Positions 27,747-37,861 of a stretch of 64,000 nucleotides of DNA are shown here, piece after piece. Each line of letters starts with the position of its first letter. The first letter of the stretch is position 1. Origin of the DNA: an uncultured Acidobacteriaceae bacterium (GTDB lineage Bacteria > Acidobacteriota > Terriglobia > Terriglobales > Acidobacteriaceae); contig CAVPCG010000025.1 of the NCBI GenBank assembly GCA_963702325.1, positions 36,124 through 100,123 on the forward strand, given 5' to 3'. A program made the position numbers and the translations under genes. The notes under the pieces are model-generated. The model did not search any database, was not told the DNA's origin, and was given only the letters and a program-made list of their open reading frames with translations.

Positions 27747-29117
27747 TTATTTGACTGACGCATATTGAATCTCCCGCCTTTTGGACCCACTCTCCGGTCG
27801 AAGTTGCCTGCCGAGAGTGCTTGACAGTGAACCCAAATCCTCGGCTAGCGCCTGCCGCCACTGTCCCACGGTATCCTGCGCCAGCTCCTCCATCGTTTGT
27901 CCGAACGAGAGCAACGATCCCGTAACCTCCGACTTGAGCAATTGCGAGATCGAGCCTTCGATCGTTTTCTGTACGCTCTTCAAATGTTCGCAGGCATCGC
28001 CAAGTTGCTTGTTGAGTTCCTGGGAATTGCGTGTGCCCAGCTCTTTGAGAACCGCGTCTAACGCCTTTTCCAGTTGCTTACGGGCGCCGGCAATAATGTC
28101 ACTGCCCATTTGCACCAGGCGTCCATCCAGATCTGTCTCGAGCCGGTGCGCGGATTCGTCAAGCTTGGCTATGCGAGTTGCAAGATCGGCGTTTTGTGCG
28201 TGCAAGCGCGAGGATTCCGTCCCCGCGGCTTCGTGGATTGTTTGCATTTCCCGGCGATACTTTTCGTGCTCTTCGCTCAGGCGTTGCTGAAGGCTTCGTA
28301 GGAACTCCTCGCTGCGCCGTTCAAGCCTGATTCCCGCTTCCACCACTTGCTGCTGAAACCGCTCGGCTCCAGAATCGAGATGCTTCTGCACCACTTTAGT
28401 GATTTCTTCCGAGAAGCCGTGAGCACGTTGCTCTACCCCCTGCAAGTCCTGTTCGAGTTGCTCGCGAAACTCATTGTGGGCGTCCCTGATCTTCTTACCA
28501 ATGGCTTCCTTCGCCGCCTCAAGAACTTCTGCCGACTGCTGGCTTGTCTGGCGCAGAACTTGCACGCCCAGATCGTCACGCAGCCGCACTAAAAGTTTTT
28601 CCTGCACCTCCGGAGGAATGTGCGTGAGCGATATGTCAAATTTGCTTTGCCTTGCTGATGGTTGCGCCAGCTTTTCGCGGAGTTCTTTAATTTCGGCTTG
28701 CAACGGCTCAACCAATTCCGCAACTACGGCCCGAAAGCGAGCGTTATCGAGAAGCGATTGCTCCCCGTGCGCCGACGCCTCCGTCAGTGCCCAGTCTTCA
28801 GGCAAGGTTTCGAGCCCCCAGAAGTTATCTGGCTGATCCAACTTCGCGCCCAGCCTCCAGCCCTTCTGGTCAGAATCCATTGGCTGGCAGTCAACGATAT
28901 GGGCCATCGTCCAGCGCCCGTCCTGGCTTCGGAATTGCACCGGAACGCCAGCCTCCAGCTTCGAGGAAGAACGCATCGCGCAGCCGTGGGCGTTGACAAC
29001 CAACGTCTCGCATAATTCGGAGAAGGCGAAATCCGGTTCCAGGCTGGTAACGTGAATGGGGAGGGCGATCGGTAACCTTGAGCTGCGGCGTAAATCAGAC
29101 AGGTTCGGCGCGGGCAT
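27747..29117 (-). CDS. PilZ-domain protein with long apolipoprotein-like coiled-coil C-terminal region
   Basis: ATG 29117 follows GGAGGG. N-terminus LRRSSRLPIALPIHVTS...LVVNAHGCAMRS (PilZ RxxxR plus beta-barrel pattern). This is followed by about 330 aa of heptad-rich E/Q/L/K/R sequence. Track ORF 27747..29300 extends further upstream. Confidence 0.6.
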   Translation of the reverse strand: MPAPNLSDLRRSSRLPIALPIHVTSLEPDFAFSELCETLVVNAHGCAMRSSSKLEAGVPVQFRSQDGRWTMAHIVDCQPMDSDQKGWRLGAKLDQPDNFWGLETLPEDWALTEASAHGEQSLLDNARFRAVVAELVEPLQAEIKELREKLAQPSARQSKFDISLTHIPPEVQEKLLVRLRDDLGVQVLRQTSQQSAEVLEAAKEAIGKKIRDAHNEFREQLEQDLQGVEQRAHGFSEEITKVVQKHLDSGAERFQQQVVEAGIRLERRSEEFLRSLQQRLSEEHEKYRREMQTIHEAAGTESSRLHAQNADLATRIAKLDESAHRLETDLDGRLVQMGSDIIAGARKQLEKALDAVLKELGTRNSQELNKQLGDACEHLKSVQKTIEGSISQLLKSEVTGSLLSFGQTMEELAQDTVGQWRQALAEDLGSLSSTLGRQLRPESGSKRREIQYASVK

Positions 29118-29344
29118 TGGGTCCCTCCAGGCGAAGTGTGCGCACCCCTCGTGCCCATGGCGTGGGCGCGAGTTCTCTAGTAAAGGTAACGCTATATGGC
29201 GCGCAAAGCTTGGCACGATGGTGTCTTTTTGCATGTGCAATCGGACACTGCCCCCACCGTGATCATGACGCGTAGTTCCTTCCAGTCGGAGACCTTGCAC
29301 ATAAGCCGTCTGCCGTGCTCCTGTAGCGGCTCATAGACTCGTGC

Positions 29345-29731
29345 TCACAAACCCAGGGCTTTCACCTGCTCCTCCGTTTCGTAGCCGAGCCAGTGCGCAA
29401 CCTCATGCCAGACCACCCGTTTTACTTCGGCTCGCAAATCTCCTTTTGAGCAGCGCAGAATGGGCCCACGAAAAACAAATATCAAGTCGGGGGCGTACTT
29501 CACCTGGCTGTACGACTGTTTCGTCCTGACCGTTCCGCTATACAGTCCCAACAACTCGGTTCCACGCCGCCATTTCTTTTTGTGCGACATGTCTCCGAAT
29601 ACTTCTGCGGGAGGCTCGTCCACTACCTGAATGCCGGGGAAATCTGGCAAGGCCCTAATCTTCTGTGGCAGCGTGCCGTATGCCCACTCCACAATCTCCT
29701 CAAAGCTTTCGGGACTCGGAGTGTCGGCCAT
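29345..29731 (-). CDS. small zinc metallopeptidase-family protein (minimal HExxH, DUF1025-like)
   Basis: C-terminal VVWHEVAHWLGYETEEQ. ATG 29731 (MADTPSPESFEEIV) lies within track ORF 29345..29776. Confidence 0.65.
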   Translation of the reverse strand: MADTPSPESFEEIVEWAYGTLPQKIRALPDFPGIQVVDEPPAEVFGDMSHKKKWRRGTELLGLYSGTVRTKQSYSQVKYAPDLIFVFRGPILRCSKGDLRAEVKRVVWHEVAHWLGYETEEQVKALGL

Positions 29732-29770
29732 GAAGCCAACTTTATCACCGGGCTGTACCGACAAACCAAT

Positions 29771-29832
29771 TGTCACCCTGAGCGCAGCAGAACGATTCGC
29801 TCGCGAATCGTTCTGCGAAGTCGAAGGACCCC
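29771..29832. repeat. hairpin repeat (family D variant) with a 14-bp perfect stem, immediately 3' of accC
   Basis: TGTCACCCTGAGCGCA-GCAGAACGATTCGC-tc-GCGAATCGTTCTGC-GAAGTCGAAGGACCCC. The stem spans 29787..29816. Confidence 0.6.
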
Positions 29833-29931
29833 TACCTCCACAACCGTCTCCCCCGGAATCTTGACGTTGCCCCCACGAAAGTTTCGGTTTCTTCGCTCCT
29901 CGGAAACACAGAGCGGAAATCTCGACTCTAG

Positions 29932-31299
29932 CTACGCCGCCGGCTTCCCAATCCGATGCTTCGCCAGAAATCTCTCAATAAATGTCGTATCCAGGTTCCC
30001 CGCGCGAAAATCCGGATCAGCCAGAATTTTTCTGTGCAACGGAATCGTGGTAAAAATTCCTTCCACGATAAACATCTCCAAAGCTCTCGACATCCGCGAC
30101 ACCGCCTCAGCGCGATCTTTCCCATGCACAATCAACTTCGCAATCAGTGAGTCATAATAAGGAGGAATCGTGCCCTCCGCATACGCCGCGGTATCCACGC
30201 GCACTCCGGTCCCTCCCGGAGGATTGAATGCAGTGATCTTCCCCGCCGACGGCGTAAATTTCTCCGGATGCTCCGCATTGATCCGGCATTCAATCGCATG
30301 CCCGCGATGCACGATCGGTGCCTGCAAAATCGCGTCGAGACGTTCTCCGGCAGCCACGCGAATCTGGCTCTTCACCAGGTCAACATCCGTCACCATCTCC
30401 GTAACCGGATGCTCGACCTGAATCCGCGTATTCATCTCGATGAAATAAAGTTTCCGGTCTTCATCCATCAAAAACTCAATCGTTCCCGCATTCACATACC
30501 CAATCTCAGACAGCGTTCTCGACAACATCTGCCCAATCTCATTCCGCAACTCCGGACTCACCTGCGTTGACGGCGACTCTTCCAGCAACTTCTGATGCCG
30601 CCGCTGAATGCTGCATTCGCGCTCGCCAAGGCTGACCACGTTGCGATATTCATCCGCCAGAATCTGAAACTCGATATGCCGCGGACGCTCGATAAATTTC
30701 TCCATGTACAGGTCGCCATTACCGAACGCCGCCGACGCCTCCGACTGCGCCGCTTTGAAGAGTGCCGGAAGCTCCTCTTCGCTGCGCACGATTCTCATGC
30801 CCCGCCCGCCCCCGCCCGCTGAAGCTTTAATGATCACCGGAAATCCCACTTGCCGCGCCCATTCCAGCGCCTCGCCATCGCTTGCAAGAATTCCCTCCGA
30901 CCCAGGCAGAATCGGCACGCCAATTTTCTTCATGATCGCGCGCGCTTTTTCTTTCTCTCCCATCAACCGCGTAATCTCCGGCGGCGGCCCAATAAACTTT
31001 ATGTTGCAGGTTTCCGTTACTTCGGCGAAATTCGCATTCTCAGCCAGCAGTCCATACCCAGGGTGGATGGCGTCAACATTGGCAATCTCGGCGGCGCTGA
31101 TCACGGCAGGAATATTCAAATAACTCAAAGCCAGTTGGGGAGGCCCAATGCAGATCGCCTCATCCGCAAACCGTACGTGCAGCGAATTGCGGTCAGCCTC
31201 GCTATAAATCGCGACCGTGCGGATTCCCAATTCCTTGCACGCGCAAATCACTCGAAGAGCAATCTCTCCCCGATTCGCTATAAGTATTTTGTTAAACAT
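29932..31299 (-). CDS. accC: acetyl-CoA carboxylase biotin carboxylase subunit
   Basis: [18 protein letters not shown]... Full-length 455-aa ATP-grasp biotin carboxylase. Confidence 0.95.
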   Translation of the reverse strand: MFNKILIANRGEIALRVICACKELGIRTVAIYSEADRNSLHVRFADEAICIGPPQLALSYLNIPAVISAAEIANVDAIHPGYGLLAENANFAEVTETCNIKFIGPPPEITRLMGEKEKARAIMKKIGVPILPGSEGILASDGEALEWARQVGFPVIIKASAGGGGRGMRIVRSEEELPALFKAAQSEASAAFGNGDLYMEKFIERPRHIEFQILADEYRNVVSLGERECSIQRRHQKLLEESPSTQVSPELRNEIGQMLSRTLSEIGYVNAGTIEFLMDEDRKLYFIEMNTRIQVEHPVTEMVTDVDLVKSQIRVAAGERLDAILQAPIVHRGHAIECRINAEHPEKFTPSAGKITAFNPPGGTGVRVDTAAYAEGTIPPYYDSLIAKLIVHGKDRAEAVSRMSRALEMFIVEGIFTTIPLHRKILADPDFRAGNLDTTFIERFLAKHRIGKPAA

Positions 31300-31313
31300 T
31301 TGTTAGAAAATTT

Positions 31314-31393
31314 GGAAGGCAAGGGCGCGACTTTCAGTCGTGCCGTAACGCCTGAGATGTTGCTCATCGGCCCGGCTGAAGTCGGGCCCTACC
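31314..31393. repeat. family B double-hairpin core (degenerate flanks)
   Basis: GGAAGGCAAGGGCGCGACTTTCAGTCGTGCCG...CGGCCCGGCTGAAGTCGGGCCCTACCC, between accC and accB. Confidence 0.6.
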
Positions 31394-31443
31394 CGTTCCC
31401 ACAACCAAGTTTCATGAGGCACGAAGTTCTGCCGCACAAATTC

Positions 31444-31936
31444 TTACTTCCGCGGCCTTATGGCAAACAACTCCTGCCCATATTCAATCGGCTGGCCGTT
31501 GGCAATCAGCTTCTTCACTACTTCCCCGGCCACATCCGACTCAATCTCATTCATCAGCTTCATCGCTTCGACAATACACAGAAGCTGTCCCACTTCCACC
31601 ATATCCCCAGCCTTCACAAACGGAGGCGACCCCGGCGAAGGCGACTCATAGAACGTGCCCACAATCGGAGACTTAACCATATGCAGCGGCTCTTCAGGAA
31701 CCGGCTCAGGTTCCTTAGTCGCAGGAGGAGGTTGGGATGGAACCGATGGGGCCGCCGTTTCCGGAGCAGCCGACGCTGGCGGATGCACCGCAAAATAAGA
31801 AGTGGGCGCCTGTGTATGCGACGGGCTCGCACGCACGCTTTATGCGCACCTTCACATCGCCGCGTTCCAGTTCAAACTCAGCAATATCCTTTTCAATCAG
31901 GAATTCGATGAGTTCCTTTATTTCTTTTTGGTTCAT
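31444..31936 (-). CDS. accB: biotin carboxyl carrier protein, apparent frameshift near 31835
   Basis: N-terminus [35 protein letters not shown] (from ORF 31715..31972) and the Pro/Ala linker plus biotinyl domain ...[19 protein letters not shown]... (ORF 31444..31836) are in different frames. The switch lies at GCGTGCGTGCG. Confidence 0.8.
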
Positions 31937-31984
31937 GGATGAGGTGGGATTTTCCCCGAAAATTCGACCCAACAGGTTCCAATT

Positions 31985-32063
31985 GGGAAGGGCCCGACTT
32001 TCAGTCGGGCCGAATCTTGACTTAACAGCGCTTTCGGCACGACTGAAAGTCGTGCCCTTCCCC
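31985..32063. repeat. family B double-hairpin core (degenerate flanks)
   Basis: GGGAAGGGCCCGACTTTCAGTCGGGCCG...CGGCACGACTGAAAGTCGTGCCCTTCCCC, between accB and pepP. Confidence 0.6.
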
Positions 32064-32096
32064 AGCCCGGAAATCGCCGAGTTCTTGGGTAGCCCC

Positions 32097-33200
32097 TCAA
32101 AGTGTTATCAGTTCCTTGCTCGTGGGCGTCAGCACTTCGCACCCGGTTTCGGTCACCAAAACCATATCTTCGATGCGGATTCCCCATTTCCCGGGAATAT
32201 AAACGCCGGGCTCAATCGTAATTACCATTCCAGCTTGCAAAAGGTCGGTTTGACCCGACGCATTTCGCGGCGCTTCGTGGATTTCCAGGCCCACGCCATG
32301 CCCCGTCGAATGGCTGAAATACTTTGCCAAGCCTCGCTTTTTCAATAACTTGCGGGCGGCTTCATCAACTCCGCCAACGGCCACTCCGGGCTCCACAGCT
32401 TCCACCGCTGCCTGCTGCGCCTCGCGCACCGCCTCGTACACCGCGATTGCTTCCATGCCCGGCTTATTCACATGAACCGTGCGAGTCATGTCCGAACAGT
32501 AGCCCGCGAGTATAACACCGAAGTCGCAGACGACGAATCCCCTGGCACCGATCTTCGCCTGTGACGCGACCCCGTGCGGCAATGCCGACCGTTTCCCCGA
32601 AGCAATAATAGTCGGGAAAGACATCTGTTCCGCCCCGGCCCGTCGAGCCTCATACTCCAACTCCGCCGCCACTTCGTTTTCCTGAATTCCTGGCCGGATA
32701 TTCTTGATCAGCGTGGAAAATAGACTCGCCCCCATCCGCACTGCCGCTCGAATAAGTTTTATCTCTTCAGTATCCTTCACCATCCGCGCTCGTTCTATCA
32801 GCGGAGGCGTTTCCTTCAACCTGATCCCTGACCCGAATACTTTCGCGAGCTTAGATCGCGCGGCAACCGTCAAATGCTCGCCTTCGATTCCAAGACTCAG
32901 TGCGCGCTTTCTCAAAGATCGCGACTTCGTCCGATGCCCCACCAGCCATTCCGCTGCCGCCAATAAAGCAGTCTTCCGTCCAATCACCACACGCGAATTC
33001 CGGACCTCAGCTCTCGCCTGCTCGATATAACGCCCATCGGAAAAGAAGACACTGCGATCTTCAGTAAGGATAAAAGCCGCCGAGCTTCCGGTGAATCCGC
33101 AAAGATACCGGACATTCGGAAGATGCGTAACCAGCAATCCATCGAGCCCGTTCTGATTGAGCAACCCTCGCAGCTTTTTCTGTCGAGCCCCATAATCCAT
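32097..33200 (-). CDS. pepP: Xaa-Pro aminopeptidase (M24B family)
   Basis: Creatinase-like N-terminal domain plus M24 metal ligands (DFGVILAGYCSDMTRT, HSTGHGVGLEIHE, ITIEPGVY, IRIED). Confidence 0.85.
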   Translation of the reverse strand: MDYGARQKKLRGLLNQNGLDGLLVTHLPNVRYLCGFTGSSAAFILTEDRSVFFSDGRYIEQARAEVRNSRVVIGRKTALLAAAEWLVGHRTKSRSLRKRALSLGIEGEHLTVAARSKLAKVFGSGIRLKETPPLIERARMVKDTEEIKLIRAAVRMGASLFSTLIKNIRPGIQENEVAAELEYEARRAGAEQMSFPTIIASGKRSALPHGVASQAKIGARGFVVCDFGVILAGYCSDMTRTVHVNKPGMEAIAVYEAVREAQQAAVEAVEPGVAVGGVDEAARKLLKKRGLAKYFSHSTGHGVGLEIHEAPRNASGQTDLLQAGMVITIEPGVYIPGKWGIRIEDMVLVTETGCEVLTPTSKELITL

Positions 33201-33254
33201 ATCTAGAGTTTAGCAACTGCCATGGAGGGACGGACGTCCTGTCGAAGTAATCTT

Positions 33255-33320
33255 CTCGTGGGTGCCCCATCCTTCTCGCGTCTTTTGCGAGAGGGTGGGG
33301 ACTTTCATCCGCTGATCAGT
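33255..33320 (+). repeat. REP-like hairpin element, family A
   Basis: GTGGGTGCCCCATCCTTCTCGCGTCTTTTGCGAGAGGGTGGGGAC. Confidence 0.65.
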
Positions 33321-33350
33321 GTGATGAAGCAGGTTGCCCACGCTGGCCTG

Positions 33351-34304
33351 CTATGGAATGTCCTTCTTCGCCCGCTTCCACCACCACCGATGACCCTTAC
33401 ACTCTGATTCGAACTCCGGATTGCAACGGGCATGAAAGGTACTCTCGGCAATGGCAAGGCCCAGCGCAGATCCAAGGAACATGTCAGATGACCAGTGATC
33501 GCGGGCCATCGCGCGGCTGAAAGTTACAGTAAATGCCGCACCGTAACTCAGAAAGCGCGCCCATGGTTTCGGATATTCGTCAGCCAGCACCGAGGCCATC
33601 GCCCAGCTAAACATGGCATGGCCACCGGGGAACGAAGTATTCACCGCGTGGTGCTTGAAGAAGTCGCCGCGCCCGTTACCCTCGTCGGGCCGCTGCCGTG
33701 CAAAAATTAGCTGCATCGGGGTATAGACCAGAAAGGTGTTTACCAGCGTTTCGAGTTCGAGGTCGCCGGTCTCTTTGGCGTGACTATGGTCGTCTTTAAA
33801 TCCGTAAGCGTATAACCCAGCCAGCGACCCGGCCAATCCGGCAATCGCAATATCGGACGTAGTCTGATATGCCGAGACATTCGTGTGCGAAATATTATTT
33901 TCGATGTGGCGGTCGGCGGCGAGGAATGCACCCGTGCCTACCAGCACTAAAACGTCCCACTTAATGTTATGCCGCTCGAACGGGCTCACGAAATAGAGCC
34001 GCTTTTGATCTTCTCCAATCCGTTTGACGCTCCGCTTAAACAGTCCAGGCTGCGAGCTGCTGGAAGAAGAATCAGGAGCAGCATCCGGGCTGTCGGCGCT
34101 ATTCTCGTCGAGCGTTCCGAATTGAAAATCCGGAATCCGAAGATTCGGGATGAAAGCAGTCCCTTGAACTCCGGATGCAGGCAGCCGCAGCATCGAAACT
34201 GAAAACGGTTCCTCGCCATAGGCTCCGATAGAAAGAACACTCACCACCAAGCCTGCCAAAGTCGTTTGAAGAATTGATTTGCTCAATTTTGGGCCCTTGC
34301 TCAC
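33351..34304 (-). CDS. PAP2-superfamily phosphatase (secreted or membrane-associated)
   Basis: Tripartite PAP2 motif: ARQRPDEG, SFPGGHA and SRAMARDHWSSD. N-terminal signal or anchor. Confidence 0.75.
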   Translation of the reverse strand: MSKGPKLSKSILQTTLAGLVVSVLSIGAYGEEPFSVSMLRLPASGVQGTAFIPNLRIPDFQFGTLDENSADSPDAAPDSSSSSSQPGLFKRSVKRIGEDQKRLYFVSPFERHNIKWDVLVLVGTGAFLAADRHIENNISHTNVSAYQTTSDIAIAGLAGSLAGLYAYGFKDDHSHAKETGDLELETLVNTFLVYTPMQLIFARQRPDEGNGRGDFFKHHAVNTSFPGGHAMFSWAMASVLADEYPKPWARFLSYGAAFTVTFSRAMARDHWSSDMFLGSALGLAIAESTFHARCNPEFESECKGHRWWWKRAKKDIP

Positions 34305-34399
34305 GCAAATTGGACAAAACGCCCCCGTTAAGATGCGAATTGGCGAAAATAGTGAGCCAGATTTCTACAAAATTACCGTCTTGTTGCGATTTTCAACCC

Positions 34400-34552
34400 G
34401 CGGGGGCGGGGACTTTGACTTCGCTACATTACATCAAATCGTGGGTGCCCCATTCTTCGCCGCCTTTGCGAAGAGTGGGAGAGAAAATTCCCAATCACCA
34501 GGGTGCCCTATCCTCCTCGCGTACTTTGCGAGAGGATTTTGATTTCACCGAA
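34400..34552 (+). repeat. two adjacent REP-like family A units
   Basis: GTGGGTGCCCCATTCTTCGCCGCCTTTGCGAAGAGTGGGAG (34441-) and GGGTGCCCTATCCTCCTCGCGTACTTTGCGAGAGGAT (34501-). Confidence 0.65.
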
Positions 34553-34604
34553 AATCCCCGACCCCTCCCGCGAACCGCACCGTGCTCTATAATGACTGCT
34601 TCCC

Positions 34605-37257
34605 ATGTCTCTTACCAACGGCACCAAAATCGGTCCCTACGAAATCCTCGCCGCCATCGGCGCCGGAGGAATGGGCGAAGTCTATCGCGCCCGCGACACC
34701 CGCCTGGGACGTGACGTCGCCCTCAAAATTCTTCCGGAATCTCTCGTCCGCGACAATGACCGCCTCCGCCGTTTCGAGCAGGAATCCCGCGCCGTCGCCA
34801 CTCTCAACCACCCCAACATTCTCGCCATTCACGATGTCGGCGAGCACAACGGCACTCCATTTCTCGTATCAGAACTTCTCGAAGGCGACAGTCTCCGGGA
34901 AATACTCAACGGAAGCACGCTCTCCCAGCGCAAAACCATTGACTACGGAGTTCAGATCGCCCATGGATTAGCAGCAGCGCACGAAAAAAATATCGTCCAT
35001 CGCGATCTCAAGCCCGAAAATTTATTCGTGACCAAAGACGGCCGGGTAAAAATCCTCGACTTCGGATTAGCCAAGCTCACCGAGAAGCCGGACGCTCGCC
35101 ACAGTACCGATGGCATCACCCTCACCAGTTCGCCCACCGCCGTAGGAACCGTCATGGGCACCGCCAGTTATATGGCGCCCGAACAGGTACGCGGTCAGGC
35201 GGTTGATCCTCGCACCGATATTTTCGCCTTCGGCGCCGTGCTCTTTGAAATGCTATCCGGAAAGCGCGCCTTCCTCCGCGACACACCCGCCGAAACCATG
35301 ACCGCAGTCTTAAAAGAAGATCCGCCCGAGACGCAGAATTCAACCCATCCGATTTCACCGGCTCTCGATCGCATCATCCGCCGCTGCCTCGAAAAAAATC
35401 CAGAGCAGCGCTTCCAATCCGCGAAAGACTTGTCATTCGCCCTCGGCTCATCCACCGACACTCACAGCAGCGCCGCTCTCCATACCGTAGAACCTCGGCG
35501 AAGGATTCCCTGGGTGCTGTGGGCCGCCATCGCAACCTCGCTCGTAATCGTCGCCGCAGTGACGTGGTTTCTCGCGAGACGCCACGCGCCTGAAGCCCGC
35601 ATGCAGTTCGCCATCGCAGTTCCCGGCGAAACCAGTCACATGGCTTTATCGCTCGATGGTTCCATGCTGGTTTTCGTCTCACCCGACCAGGATTCTGGTA
35701 CGCCCGAGCTCTTTCTCCAGCGCGTAGGCTCGCCCGATGCTACTCCGCTGCCGGGTACGCAAGGAGCGAGTTATCCATTCTGGTCTCCCGACGGCGCGTA
35801 CGTTGCATTTTTTGCCGGTGGCAAGCTGCAAAAGATCGCGATTGCGGGAGGCCCTCCTCAAGTATTGGCCAATGTGCAGTCAGCCCGCGGAGGAAGCTGG
35901 GGCAACCGTAACGTGATCGTCTATGAGCCCGACGCGTCGAGTCCGTTGTGGCGCATCAATGCGGATGGAACGGGTTCAGCGGCAGTTTATCCGAATTTTT
36001 TCGGCAAGGATGACCAATCTCATCGCTGGCCGGTTTTTCTTCCGGACGGAGTTCATTTCTTATTTTGGGCGGGCAATTTTGAAAATCGCAAGGAGGACTC
36101 CTTCAGCGGTATTTATAGCGGCTCCCTGGATGGCAAGGACAAAAAGCTGGTCGTTCTGTGCCATTCCAGCTTCGCTCTCGCTGCCGGCCATATTTTTTAT
36201 GCTGACGATAACAGGCATTTGGTCAGCATAGCCTTCGATGCTACTTCCTCCACCGTTTCGGGTACCGCCAGCGTCATTGCGGATGTTGTCGGCTTTCAGC
36301 CGTCCACCTATTGGGTAGCAGTGACCGCAGCGCAGAATGGGACTCTCATTTATAACGCCAGCGCGGGCGCGGCATTATCGGTTCTTACCTGGGTTGACCG
36401 CAGCGGCAAGGAACTGAGACGCATCGGCGAGCCGGGCGTTATGGCTAATCCCATGCTGTCGCCCGATGGCACCCGGGTTGCCCTCGACATCAGCGATCAA
36501 AAAGCCAACAACGTTGACGTTTGGATAGAAAGCACAACCAACGCCGGGAACTCGCGTTTTACTTTCGATCCCGCTGAAGAGGTGGTGCCGGTATGGTCGC
36601 ACGACCAGCGGACAATCGCATATCGGACGGCGGCAGGCACCGGGGGATTATTGCTGGTTTTTAAGCCAACTAATGGCCTGGAGCGAGAACGCCAGGTATT
36701 TGAAGCCGCCGGTTTCGATGACATCTTTCCCAATTCCTGGGCGCACAGGCGATCAGCAGGTCTTGTGCACTTACGAAAATCCTAAGAATCATTATCTGGC
36801 ATTGGTCCCAGTGAATGGAGGAAAGCCGGTACCATTCCAGTCCGGACAGGGCAATCAGACAAACGGTCAGATCTCTCCCGATGGAAAATGGGTCGCCTAC
36901 GCTTCCGATGAATCCGGCAATTGGGAGATCTACGTAACCACGTTTCCCGGCGCATCCGGCAAGTGGCAAGTCTCACGCGGAGGCGGCACGGAACCACGCT
37001 GGCGCGGAGACGGCAAAGAAATCTTCTATCTCGGGCCCTCCGGAATGCTCACGGCGGTATCAGTCAGTACCACTGGTACATTTTCTACGGGAGTTCCCAC
37101 GCCCCTATTCCAGGTTCACAACCGCGCACCTATTTCTTCGAGCGATCTGTTCAGTTATGACGTGACCAAAGACGGCAACCGCTTTCTGCTGAACCGTTAT
37201 GTAAAACCAGAAAAAATCGCGCCGCTAAATATCGTCCTCAATGCCGGAAACCCGTAG
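34605..37257 (+). CDS. Ser/Thr protein kinase fused via a TM helix to a TolB-like beta-propeller, apparent 1-nt frameshift near 36744
   Basis: GAGGMGEVYRA, HRDLKPEN, DFGLAK and APE kinase motifs. TM helix WVLWAAIATSLVIVAAVTWF. Repeated PxWSPDG-type propeller motifs. Track ORFs 34605..36785 and 36673..37257 join at ...IFPNSWA / TGDQQVLCTYENP. Confidence 0.8.
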
Positions 37258-37302
37258 GGACGGCGGCCCTCACCTGTCCAATCGAGCAAAGCTGGACAAT
37301 CT

Positions 37303-37432
37303 GCCGCTTTTGATCTCTTCCCAATAACCAAATCGAGGGTGCCCCAATCTTCGCCGCCTTTGCGAAGATTGGGAGGAAATATCCCAACCCGCCGCTCTTG
37401 ACTTCGCCCTTGTCACCCCAAACTGAGGTCCC
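37303..37432 (+). repeat. REP-like family A unit plus a truncated second unit
   Basis: ...AACCAAATCGAGGGTGCCCCAATCTTCGCCGCCTTTGCGAAGATTGGGAGG...CCGCTCTTGACTTCGCCC... Confidence 0.6.
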
Positions 37433-37470
37433 CATTTAATGTCAAACCCTGAGACATTCACCCCAAACGC

Positions 37471-37504
37471 AAAAATGCCCAGGAGCCTTTGCGGATCGCG
37501 GGCA
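37471..37504 (-). terminator. possible terminator of cspA
   Basis: Minus strand TGCCC...GGGCA with a large loop, followed by TTTTT. Weak. Confidence 0.3.
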
Positions 37505-37522
37505 AATTTGTAGTTTCAGTAA

Positions 37523-37726
37523 CTAGACTGCCTGAACGTTCTCTGCCTGCCAACCCTTCGGACCCTTCGTCACGTCGAACTGGACGGTCTGTCCCTCTTG
37601 CAGGCTGCGGAAGCCGCCCGCCTGAATTGCTGAAAAGTGCACAAAGACATCTTCGCCGCTTTGACGGCTGATAAAACCATAGCCTTTGGCGTCGTTAAAC
37701 CACTTCACTGTTCCTTGTTCTGCCAT
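37523..37726 (-). CDS. cspA: cold-shock protein (CspA family)
   Basis: [15 protein letters not shown] (RNP1) and VFVHFSAI (RNP2). 67 aa. Confidence 0.95.
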   Translation of the reverse strand: MAEQGTVKWFNDAKGYGFISRQSGEDVFVHFSAIQAGGFRSLQEGQTVQFDVTKGPKGWQAENVQAV

Positions 37727-37845
37727 TTTGTTTTTTCCTTATTTCTGTTTTGAATTGTGCTGAGAAGAATCGTGCTGGTGAGAAGAGGTGACGCTGGTTG
37801 GCGGTACCGGCTTTCAACTGCGTGAATCAAACTTAGCTGAGCACT

Positions 37846-37851
37846 ATTATA
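37846..37851 (-). promoter_or_regulatory. candidate -10 box (perfect TATAAT) about 120 nt upstream of cspA
   Basis: Minus strand ...GATATGTGTATAATAGTGC. It would give the long 5' UTR typical of csp genes. No convincing -35 was seen. Confidence 0.3.
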
Positions 37852-37861
37852 CACATATCTA

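Noticed and set aside
29205-29245. Sigma-54-type promoter (TGGCAC ... TTGCA)
   Set aside because: The spacing between the TGGCAC and TTGCA elements is about 12 nt instead of about 5, and it lies on the strand opposite the nearby gene.
30850-31911. 353-aa plus-strand ORF
   Set aside because: It is antisense to accC and accB and has extreme Arg/His/Leu bias.
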